A stretch of 20,000 nucleotides of DNA from Lama guanicoe (lineage: Eukaryota), in the NCBI GenBank assembly GCA_013239625.1, contig PNXV01000239.1, forward strand, positions 233,036 to 253,035. The letters are read 5' to 3'. Below are positions 10,367 through 20,000 of this stretch, in pieces. The position numbers and the translations under genes were made by a program. The notes beneath the pieces are model-generated. The model ran no database searches. It was not told the DNA's origin and saw only the letters and a program-made list of their open reading frames with translations. How positions within the stretch are numbered: the first letter of the stretch is position 1; each line of letters opens with the position of its first letter.

Positions 10367-10582
10367 ATGGCGGGCACGGCGGCGCTAAGCAGGACACCTG
10401 GAGGGCTGGGCCCCGCGGAGCCCGAGGACGCGCGCGGCTGGCGCTGCCCGGAGCATGGCGACCGCGCGGCCGAGCTCTTCTGTCGCCGCTGCCGCCGCTG
10501 CGTGTGCGCGCTTTGCCCGCTGCTGGGCGCGCACCGCGGCCACCCGGTCGACCTGGCGCGGGAGGAGGCGGCGCGCGTGCAG
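10367..10582 (+). CDS. TRIM14: TRIM14 coding exon 1, B-box zinc finger ([13 protein letters not shown]...[48 protein letters not shown]), 216 nt
   Basis: ATG in strong Kozak context (AAAATGG). B-box2 pattern CxxH...CxxC...CxxC...HxxH with no preceding RING, characteristic of TRIM14. Donor CAG|GTAAGG at 10583. Adjacency to CORO2A matches known synteny. Confidence 0.95.
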
Positions 10583-11659
10583 GTAAGGACGGGCGCGAGC
10601 CCCCGAGTAACGGGCGGAGAGGGGCGTGCCACTAACAGTTACCGGTTGGGACCAGGACCCCACGGCGGCCGGAGACCATCTAGGCGGCCGAGCTATTGTT
10701 CAGAAAGAGAAACTGAGGCCCCAAAAAGGGCAACGGCGAGCCAAGGCCATCAATTAAGCTTCAGAAAAGGTGGGTTTGAGAGTGAGAACTTGGGTACCCT
10801 AGGTGGTCCCCAGATATCCAGGACCTCGTCCTCCACGATGGGTCCATCACACTGCCTTTGGCCCGGAAGAATGTCTACCTCTTAACAAAGATGAAAAAAA
10901 TCCCTTCTGCCTAGAAAACCGCCGTGTAGCTCCGGAAAGCCACTGTGGACGGCCTGGCCCGGTCGCCCAGGGAACGCCCTCAGCGGCCCTCTGCTACCCC
11001 GTTCTGCGCTTCCCCCTCCACATCCGCTCCATTCCTCGCTCTTAACAGCCTGGAGGGAGCTAGAAGGCCACTTCGTCAATAAGAAGAAGAAGGTTCTGGA
11101 GGCAGAGACGGGCCTTGAACCCAGGACTCCACCAGCTGAACTGCCCCCAACGGCCCATGCTCACTGTGAAGCTCTCACCTATGCTTAATCCTCATAGTGG
11201 AAGGGGGTTCTGAACTCTTGTTCCAGCCTTGTGGCCGACTTGTCCAGTGACTCTGGTCAAATCCCCCCACCTCTCTAGGCTAGACGGGCCCTCCTGTCAC
11301 AGAAGTTGATTCTACCACTTCCAACTTTAAGAAGTCTTCAGTGATTAAGTCACCCCCACAGTGACCTATCCCCCTGCACAGCACAAATTAACACCATCAC
11401 ATTGTGACAACCTTGGAGCTCCAAGCTGAGAACGGGCCATGTTGGGGCCATTCTAGCAGGTGGGGTCCAGGATTCAATACCTGCTTCTGCCTCCCAGGTC
11501 TTCCTTTTCTTATTTATAAAATGGCTGTAATAATAATAGTAGCTTCTCAAAAGGCTGCTTTCAGAGTTAACAAGGCTACTTTCAGAGATATGGCTTCTGG
11601 GTCTCATAGGCAGGTGCCCCCCACCCTACCCATTTTGCCTCCACACACCCACCCACTCA

Positions 11660-11990
11660 TCTATCTGTTCATCCATCATCCATCCACTCATTCATTCATT
11701 CATTAGACATCTATTCAGTACATAGATCAATTCTTCCCTGACCTGGAGGAGTTCCTTGGCTAGTTGGGGGAGAACAAACACTGACAATACAGTATGGTAA
11801 GTATTATAATTGGGAAGCCTGAGGCAGTGGTCAGAGGGAGCCAAAGAGAGGACACTGTGAACCAGGGACAGGAAGCCCAGAAGACTTCCTGGAGGAGGTG
11901 CCATTGGAGCTGGCCATAAAGAATAAATGGGGTTTCACCAGGTACCTGGAAAGGAGAAGCACCCTGTGACTGGAAAGCACAAGCACCAGG
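11660..11990 (-). mobile_element. LINE-2 3' fragment
   Basis: (CATC)n/(CATT)n tail at ~11670-11704 and L2 body motif AGACTTCCTGGAGGAGGTG. Confidence 0.7.
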
Positions 11991-12194
11991 AGGCTGGGTT
12001 GTCTTTGGCTGATGGACAGGATCTAGACTTGAAGCCTTAGAAATCACAGTGGGTTAAGGATGTGCTCTTGGAAGTTGAGGCTGTAGCTTATAGTTGGGTT
12101 TCTATTGTGTTCCCAGCCCCACTGCTTACTCACTCCCAACCCTCCTCCTAGACTAAAACTGCACACAGTAGCAAATGCTTGTTGGATGTTAAAA

Positions 12195-12400
12195 TAAGAG
12201 CTACACCTGTTGAGCACTTACTGTCTTCCAAACACTACATCAAGCACTTTGTGTACTTCTCATTCTCTAGAGCAATTCTGTGGGGTTATCCCCATGCTTA
12301 CAGCTGAGAAAAGCAAGGTTTAAAAAGGTGAGGTCATTTGCCCAGGTCATGTGGAAGGAGAACTGAGACTCAGACTAAGGAGTTCCCATCTGACTCTGGG
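12195..12400 (-). mobile_element. MIR remnant
   Basis: TTGAGCACTTACTGT ... TTACAGCTGAGAAAAGCAAGGTT ... TCATTTGCCCAGGTCA. Confidence 0.65.
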
Positions 12401-13174
12401 GCTCTGGCTCATAACTTGCTGGGTGGCTTCAGCTGTCCACTTGAAGGTGGCAGCCCCTGGTAATTCAGCAAACACTTTTGGTCACCCCCTGGTCCCTATA
12501 GGGGAGCCAAGAATGGAGCAAGCCTGCCCTCGGGAAGCTCCCCGTCATCCCAGCAGCTGAGTGTAAGGTGGGATGTAAGAAGGTAAGATGGAGGTAAGGT
12601 CACACCTGGTAGAGAGAGGGTCCCAGAGCATACCTTTGGAGAAATGGCAATTGTAAAAATCAGAGATATGAAAGGGAGCCATCTCCAGTGAGAGAGATCA
12701 CAAACCCCACAGGCCTCTCCCACATGCAGGTCTTCTGAACCCCAATCCAGGCAGAGGAACACAGACCAACCCTGGATGCAAGTTCCATGAGGGCAGCTCC
12801 TGGAACAGGGCCCAGCATGTATTAGGTACTCAGTATTCACTCTAGAAGTGAATGCTCTTCCCCTGCCCCCAAACTGCTTGCCTTAAGGGTCCTATTTGAG
12901 GGCCTGGAAAAGCAGGTCACAAGCAGGACTGTCCTAGAGAAAAGGGGGTGCATCAATATTTGGAGAATACCTGATGAGGGCCTCTGAGGATCAGAGGGTC
13001 CCTGGTTTCAGCTGATTCTCCAACTTGCCTCTTAACTTTGGGCAAGTCACCTCACCTGTGTCTCAGATACCTCAGGTGAAAAAAATACAGGGTGAGCGGT
13101 GATGACCCCTGGGGTGCTTTGTTATCATGAAAAGGACAGCATTAAGGCTTTTCTCCTGACTCCTTCACATACAG

Positions 13175-13270
13175 AAATTCACCCAAGAATGTTTAACGCG
13201 GCTGGCATCCAAGAAGCACGAGCAAGTTGGCAACATAACCCAGATAGAAGACGCTGCTGAGAAGCTCAAG
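13175..13270 (+). CDS. TRIM14: TRIM14 coding exon 2, coiled coil ([32 protein letters not shown]), 96 nt
   Basis: Acceptor CATACAG (AG 13173-13174) with an upstream CTGAC branch-like motif. Translation matches the recalled TRIM14 segment KxxQECLxxLAxKK...[13 protein letters not shown]. A 96-nt phase-0 exon is typical of TRIM genes. Donor is AAG|GCAAGT. Confidence 0.92.
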
Positions 13271-13374
13271 GCAAGTGGGTGATCTTTCCTTATTCTCACT
13301 GCAATGCCCACATTCCCTCTCAGACACATGGTTCTCCCCAAGCTGGAGCTAAGGGAAAATGAACACCAACCTCA

Positions 13375-13528
13375 AAGGGGCGGATCAGGTTTAGTAGGGC
13401 CTGGGTCTTCTATAATTTAGGGGGCCCTTTGGAGAAAACACCAAATTAGCTGCAAGATCATGAAGGGGCTGTGCTAGGGAGGGGCCTGGGGCTCCTGTTT
13501 CATTAGCTTTGTGGTGAATCTACCTCTG
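13375..13528. mobile_element. MER53-like palindromic MITE
   Basis: AGGGGCGGATCAGGTTTAGTAGGGCCTG...GGGGGCCCTTT...TTCATTAGCTTTGTGGTGAATCTACCTCTG, with imperfect terminal inverted repeats, resembles MER53 as recalled. Confidence 0.7.
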
Positions 13529-14859
13529 CTCAGTGCCTGGCGCTTACCCCGTAACACCTGATAAGATGGAGGAATGGCCTGTCTCCTGCCATTGCCAAGC
13601 CCACTCTCTTGGAGAGACTAGTCCTCCATGCCCTACACCCCAAGTTGCTTAAGCAAAGCAAAATACAAGGTAAGGAATATGCAAAGCAAACAGGTATAAA
13701 TGTATTCCATAAATATCTACTTTCTTTAGGTTTCTGCTTTCATGATGCTTATTTAAGTGGCTTCTTTTGTGGTTTCAAGTGGGAAGTTGGCTGACAGTAT
13801 TCCAGCTGCTGTTGTGACTGAAAACGCTATTGCTTCTTAGGGACCTTTTATGTGAACTTGGCCAGTCCCTTCCCTTCTCGGCCTCAGCTGCCGCCTCCTC
13901 AAAATTGGGGAGCGATGCCTTCCCAGGGCCTATCTCACTGAGGACTCTGGAAACCCTGGGGTGACCACCACAAGTCAGGCGGGGAGACTGGCTCTGACCG
14001 TGGGCATAGCTAGCACCCAGGTCTTCCTGAGGCCAGGCGCACAGTGGAATGAAAATGCCGAGACCCACATCGGGCCACAGAATTGGCCATCTGTTTGCCC
14101 AACATCTGTTATCTTTTGGGTGACTGCACTCCCCAGTTTGTTGGGGTCGGTTATAGTTTACATCTGTGTCCCCCGCTTAATTACTAATCATGTCATGTCT
14201 TCAAGAGCAGGACTCTGAGTTTAGACCAATACATCAGTTCAAAAGGATTTGGGAACTGAGAGTTGACATGCCCGAAGGGATAGGGGAGGTGCTTTGGGCT
14301 GTTTGTCCAAAAGAAGAGTCTCCGGGCACAGGCTCACTGTCTGTAAATCTCTGAGCAGATATGGTTTAGGCTCCCTCGAGGAGAGAGTTAGGACATGTAT
14401 AGAAAGCCTAAGGGAGGAGGTTGCAGCTTCATCTAAGGAATGGGTTTCTTTCTTTGAACCTTCTCCCCAACTTTTAAACTGTTTTGAAATAATTACAGAT
14501 TCATAGACAGTTACAAAGGTAGTGCATGACCGTGGATGGATGACAAGATTCTTTGCCCCTCCCCAGGCCGGTGGGTGGAGTTTCCCTGGTGCCTAGTTGA
14601 GGGGTAGAGCAGCTCTCTGTGAATCTGGTTTGATGCAGGTCAGGTGGCCCCCTTCCCACTCCCAGAGGGAATGAAGCCATGTGCCCGGGAGTCCTTTTAG
14701 ATGACCAGGCGCCTGCGTGCTCTGGCTCTCACACACATCTCCACCCCTACCCTGCCTGGCTCACTCAGCTCAGCTCTGATGCCAAATTCCCTCTTTGTTT
14801 TTGGCCCCTGAAGATTTCCTTTCTATTGTTATTGTCTGTTTGATTGCGGGGTTTGGTTT

Positions 14860-15220
14860 TGTTTTGTTTTCCAGCTTGGTCATATAATTTTAAAATTTGT
14901 CGTTGTATCAGCATTTCCATGTGTTTGAAGTAGCAAGGGGGATCTTCCGTGTCAGCTTCTTCTCCCTTATTGACCAAAACTATGTGTCATTTTACATACA
15001 GGGCATTTTGTTGTTTAAGACCATAACCTTTCCCTAGGTCATTAAAAGTCTGTCATCAGTGTGAGTGTGAGAGGCTGTATATGCCATTGTATGGATCTAC
15101 CATGATTCGTGAAGCCATTTTCCTAATGTTGAACATTTAGATCATTTCCAGTTTTTCACTCATGTGAAGCAACACTGCAGTGATATTTGGCACCTTGGTT
15201 TATTTCCTTTGGGACACACC
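14860..15220 (-). mobile_element. Old LINE-1 (L1ME-type) fragments
   Basis: GAACATTTAGATCATTTCCAGTTTTTCACT and similar antisense L1 motifs. Confidence 0.55.
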
Positions 15221-15707
15221 TGTAGACTTGACTCACCAGGCTCAACTGGCCCAGGTGTTGCCAGGGACTCCCGTGCATTCCACCCAGCTATGGCGGGCAG
15301 GGTTTGTGGCAGAGAGGTCTGGGCTAACAGTGCTGCTCCGTCCTTGCTTACCCAGAGGCAGTACTTGGGAAAAGGGCATCTGCCTGCAAATTAATCCATA
15401 AAACAGCTTGGTAAACAAATCGGAACCAATAAAGTTCATAGTGATCCAGAGTCCACTGTTCAGAAGCCGATGACCAGGCCTAACTAACCACTCCTTTCTA
15501 GAGAGCAGTCAAGAAGGATTTGATCATTAATTCCCAGCTGACACCCATTCAGTGATTTTCTCTGACATCCTTGTTAATAAGCTGTTTGCTTCCCCACCAT
15601 GGCTCCTCAGGGGGCTGATACATGCCAGGTGTAGGGAAAAAAAAATCAACATATGCTTGCCACCCTAACTTTTTATTTTGACTAGGATGGGATGACAGTA
15701 TAGCAGA

Positions 15708-15833
15708 GTGGTGGTGGGAGGATATAGCTCATGCTTAGCATGCATGAGGTCCTGGGTTCAATCCCGTAGTACCTCCTCAAAGAATAAATAAATAAACCTA
15801 ATTACCTCCCTCCACACACGCAAAAAAAGTTCA
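15708..15833 (+). mobile_element. tRNA-derived Vic-1-like (camelid) SINE with 14-bp target-site duplication
   Basis: GGGAGGATATAGCTC...ATGCTTAGCATGCATGAGGTCCTGGGTTCAATCCC (B box), then AATAAATAAATAAACCTAATTACCTCCC and a short A-run. Flanked by direct repeats GACAGTATAGCAGA at 15694-15707 and 15834-15847. Confidence 0.85.
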
Positions 15834-17919
15834 GACAGTATAGCAGAATGATTATGTTCTTTCCAGTCTTCTGAATTATCCACAATGAGCTTTTGATACT
15901 TTTGTAAACAAACAAAAAGTATATAAATATTATATGTGTATTTAACATTGGTTATTGTCCATTGAATCCAAACCATCCAGATCGGGATTTAGAATGGGCG
16001 TAGGCTGTCAGAGCTCAAGGGCCCTTGGAAATGGAGACACCCAGAAAGAGGAGATAACTTATCACTGGCCACGTAGGAAGGCAGAGGTGGACCTGGGGCC
16101 ACAGCTGTATCCATCAAGGTCCACCCAGGAAAACAGAAGCCACTCGGAGTCTTTTGGACAGAGGGGATAAATGCAGGGAGTGGTGACACAGCCGGGAAGA
16201 GGCGGAGAAGCCAGCCAGTGGGTGGCAAGGCAATTAGCATCAGAGGAAGCACCTTCACTCCTGCGGGGACGAAGGAGGAGGTGGCATTAGCAGAGAGCAA
16301 GGTCAGGGCTACCTAAGCAGGAGTGGAACCAGAGCGGGCTGGCCTGTGGGAACTGGAGGGTGGAGAGGGCTGAGGGATGCAGCCCTGGCCCTGGTGGGAG
16401 GGATGTCCTGGTGGGAGGGATACCCTAGCTGCCTTCTTCCCTTCACCCTTTGACCTCCCTCTAGTTCCTCCTGCCATTGACCAAACCCAGCCTGAAGGAG
16501 GATCCTGGTAATTCTGCCTGCGGGAGTCAGACCCTCAGGCAGAGCCAGGGAAGGACAGGAAATGGACCTGAGACACTTAGGCCTAGACTGACACCCCAGG
16601 GAGTGAAATACACAGCCTTGGTTCCTGGCTCTGTGCCTTTTCCTGTGACCCACCAGAGCTGTAGGGACTGAAACCCAGCCTGGGGTCGAGGGACCAGCAA
16701 TGTGACATAAACCAGCCTTTGACAGAGTGGGAATGGGAAGACCAGGACTCAGCCAGGCCATACTGTCAACCTTGATGGTGCCACTGGTCCCCATCACCCC
16801 TGCTGAGCACGGCCGCCCCTCTGGCTCCCCCTGCAGGCCGCTGCCTCGTATCAACTTCATGGGGACAGCAGGGCTAACATGGTCCGGCAGGACTGGAGAG
16901 GGAAGCTGCTTCCCTTGTGGGACGCCCGCCCGTGAACGGTGCCCACAGCAAGACTGTCCAAAGTCATACTGAGTTTTCAGCAAAACAGCTCTTTCCATTC
17001 CCCTCATAGGCTCCAGACAGGCTTCCAAGGGCCTGAGCAGGGATGGATTCATGTAACAGCCAGCCCTCCATATGCAAAATTCCTCATCTTCCCATGTCCA
17101 GGGCTTCATCGCTGATCAAGTTATTTTTTCTCCCACAGTCCTTAGACCGTCCTCGACTAGACTTTGCCAGGCCCTCACTCAGCCCCAGCCCTGCCCAGCA
17201 GGGTCCAAACCCTGGCCCAGTTCAACCTGGGATCCAGTTTCACTTTGAACCAATATGGCCCAAACCAGACAGTGTACTTCCTTGTTTCACTGCCAGAATT
17301 CTCTCAATCTTTTTTTTTAATCATATTGCATAATCAGCCTCATCTGCTTACACCGTAAGTTTTCAGGTGGCTGTTTCTATGCTGAGAGTTATGACAATGT
17401 GTAGTGTCACTAAGCTGATTTTGTATATTCTTTACAAAGTAGATCTGTGGAAACTGTTTGGAGCACAGCTTGGTCGGGAGGAGATGCTATTGGTTCCTAT
17501 AGAAAGGTCCTCCGTTTACATACGTCACCTCCAAAATGTGTTGATAAATCAAGGGTTTAGAACACATGTTCTTTCCTTCATTTAGTCATTCAACAAAGAT
17601 ATATTTGTGTCTGGGCTCACTGACCCATAGAAACCATGCTGTAAATGTAGACTAATTCCCAAGCTGGCCCAAGCCAATTTAATCTATATGGCACATGATG
17701 GTAATAAGCTAACCTCAGAGCCTGACCACTGCCCAGAGCATTGTATAGAAAACACAGACTTTGGGAAACCATCCCCTCGATTCTGCCAACCCACACATTC
17801 CTGCCCTACTAAGAAGAGAACATGGGATCACGGGGGTGCCTGCCCACCCGCCCAGGCACCAGGGGTCTTTCTACTGTGTGGGCTGTACAGACATTTGGGC
17901 TGAGGAAAGAGGCTGGCCT

Positions 17920-19470
17920 ATTTTTTTTAATGATTCTGTTTTGTTTTTTAATCATACTAGTAATACAGGGACACATGCTTATTTTAAAAAATTTAAATAA
18001 ATAGTATATTAGAATATAGTATAGAACTATAGAAAGTACAAAGTGAGAGTCCCTTTTGACCATCTCTCCAATCCCACACCTCTTCCCAAACATGACTATC
18101 ACTAACACATTTTAAATGAACTTGGAAACATGCATATATCCATATATGGATTTTATTCTGTTATCTTTTACATAATTGGGATCATCTTGCAGGTATTATT
18201 CTGCAATTTGCCCTTTTTCACATGGTTTCTTGGAGAGTTTTCTGCGACAGGACATAGAGGTCCACTACATTCTTTGTGTGTGTGTGTGTGGCAAAATACA
18301 CACACAAATGGTAATAAAAGTTACTGTTTTAACCATTTTAAAGTGTGTAATTCAGTGGCATTAATTACATTCACAGTGTTGTACAACCATCACTGCTGTT
18401 TCCAAAACTTTTCCATTACCCCAAACATAAACTCTGTAATCATTAAGCAATTACTTCCCATTCCCCTCCCACCGGCCTCTGGTAACCTCTAATCTACTTC
18501 CCGTCTCTGTGAATTTCCCTGTTCTAGATATTTCGTATAAGTGGAAATCATACAATATTTGCCCTTCTGTGTCTGGCTTATTTAGCATTTTGTCATCAAG
18601 TTTTATCCATACTCATGTGTCAGAACACTGCATTCTTTTTAATCACTAAATATTATCTCATTCTATGAACGCAGCATAATTTGTACAATGAACATGTATA
18701 TGTATACACTTTCCATATTGAAAATTTTGTCCAAATTTTCTCTACCACAACAATGCTATAGTGAGCATCTTGGTACACAAATCTTTGTGCACATGTGAAA
18801 ACATTTTATAGGATCAATTCCTCCAAGAAGAATTGCTGCATCAGAGGATTTAAGCATTTAAAATTTTGATATTACATCGCCCTCTAAAAATGCAGTACTA
18901 ATTGACACTACCACCCACATACCTATTCCACATACCCTTACGGACTCTTGGTTTTATCCATCAGTTAAAATTCTTCCAGTCTGATGGCCAAAAATACATA
19001 CATATATTTTTTCTGATTACACTGCTCACTTCCTTGTTTTGGGGGAGGCTTAGCACCTCTTCATACGTCTATTGGCTCTTGTATATCTTTGGTCCATTTT
19101 TAAAGCGAATGATTTCTTTTTTTTTTTTAAACTATGTTATGGATAGTAGACCTGTGTAATTTGTTACCTGTCATGTAGCTTTGTTTATAGTGTTTTCCAT
19201 CTTGGGAAGAGTTTCTTTTTTTAGGTGATCAAACCTGCCATGTCTCCCTTTTTGCTGAGTTTTGGGGGCCTCCTACAGAGGTCTTCCCTTCCCCCAATTT
19301 TTTGAAATAAAATTGTTTTGTATTTCATTCTAATAGGTTTATTATTTTTAATGTAAAGTGTTTTAGTCTGTTTCAAAGTGTTTACCTTTTATTGTAGAAA
19401 ACCTCAAGCATATACACGTGTTTTGAAGTAAATCCAACATACCATTTCACCTGTAAAACTCTCAGCATAT
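17920..19470 (-). mobile_element. Nested antisense LINE-1 fragments (old L1ME-like host with an L1MB-like 3' end at ~18290-18650)
   Basis: L1MB-type TTAACCATTTTAAAGTGTGTAATTCAGTGGCATTAATTACATTCACAGTGTTGTACAACCATCAC and GGTAACCTCTAATCTACTT. Flanks carry older L1 motifs (AGAATTGCTGCATCAGAGG). Confidence 0.75.
18274..18289. repeat. (TG)8 microsatellite
   Basis: TGTGTGTGTGTGTGTG read directly. Confidence 0.8.
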
Positions 19471-20000
19471 TTTTTTTTGGTGACTACATATGTGCTTTAT
19501 TAATATATTATGATGCTTTTAACCTATACAGTCCAATAGAAATAATCTAATACTTCTATTAATGACATCATTTTCTCTTAGAAAACATTTAAATTAAATC
19601 CTGTATTACAAGGAAATGATATAACTTTGAGAGAATTAGGTCATGTAAGAGAGTTGCCTCTTAATACACTGTAATTTGCAACCAATTTAGGATGTGTCAA
19701 GAGTCATATACTTCTCTGAAAATATTCTGTCACGTAATGTTCATTTTTTTAATAGTCATACAGTATGTGATTTCATCATTCTAATCACAAATGCACATTA
19801 TGAGTAGTCTTGGAGAAGGCTATTTCTTGCAATAGTATCAGATGCAATACTAAAGAAAATGGTTTATAATTTAGAAATAATATAGAATTTCAAGAAATCA
19901 ATTTTCTGTTGATGTTTGAAATTTGTGTGCGTATTACAATCAGCATGTGTTATGTATATTAAATAATCAAGTTTAGTTTAACAAAATAAATATAATGCAT
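19470..20000 (-). pseudogene. Probable processed pseudogene/retrocopy 3' UTR end, antisense in TRIM14 intron 2 (parent unknown, runs off window)
   Basis: T9 run at 19470-19478 and TTTATT at 19496-19501. On the - strand this is AATAAA, 17 nt, then poly(A). Followed by >500 nt of AT-rich sequence in which I recognise no L1 motifs. Confidence 0.5.

Larger units (their letters stand above)
10110..10760. promoter_or_regulatory. TRIM14: CpG island / TRIM14 promoter and exon 1
   Basis: Dense CpG and very high GC relative to the CpG-depleted flanks. GC boxes (CCCCGCCCC 10294-10302). No obvious TATA box. Confidence 0.9.

Noticed and set aside
9948..10885. Several overlapping 150-180 aa ORFs on both strands around TRIM14 exon 1
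   Set aside because: Stop-codon depletion in a CpG island explains them. Only 10367-10582 encodes a recognisable B-box, and the GTG start at 10361 is an ORF-caller artefact.
15716..15775. tRNA-like sequence with B box
   Set aside because: The D-arm/A box is missing, and it has an A-rich tail and TSD. It is a SINE, not a tRNA gene.
16309..17109. Longest ORF in the track (266 aa, - strand)
   Set aside because: No recognisable domain. Composition (P/G/S/R-rich) is that of a chance ORF in GC-rich intron sequence, and there is no supporting gene structure.
13271..20000. TRIM14 exon 3 or a RING-encoding exon
   Set aside because: I found no segment translating to the expected continuation of the coiled coil, so it presumably lies beyond the window. 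Absence of RING is normal for TRIM14 and not a sign of pseudogenisation.

Overview
Mammalian genomic DNA, probably camelid given a Vic-1-like tRNA-derived SINE at ~15.7 kb. It holds two tandem + strand genes. The first is the 3' end of CORO2A (coronin 2A): seven coding exons within 1-5450, then a ~2.8 kb 3' UTR with AATAAA signals at ~8.2 kb. The second starts ~2.1 kb downstream: the CpG-island/ISRE promoter and first two coding exons of TRIM14 (B-box exon 10367-10582, coiled-coil exon 13175-13270). TRIM14 exon 3 was not found and presumably lies beyond the window. The remainder is intronic or intergenic DNA with ancient repeats (MIR, L2, L1, MER5A, MER53). I see no convincing novel protein-coding system. 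The most noteworthy observations are a GC-AG donor at TRIM14 exon 2, a ~107-bp imperfect inverted repeat in TRIM14 intron 1, an ISRE-consensus site inside a MIR in TRIM14 intron 1, and a probable antisense retrocopy 3' end at ~19.47-20 kb. Gene and repeat identities come from recall of family sequences, not database searches, and repeat boundaries are approximate.
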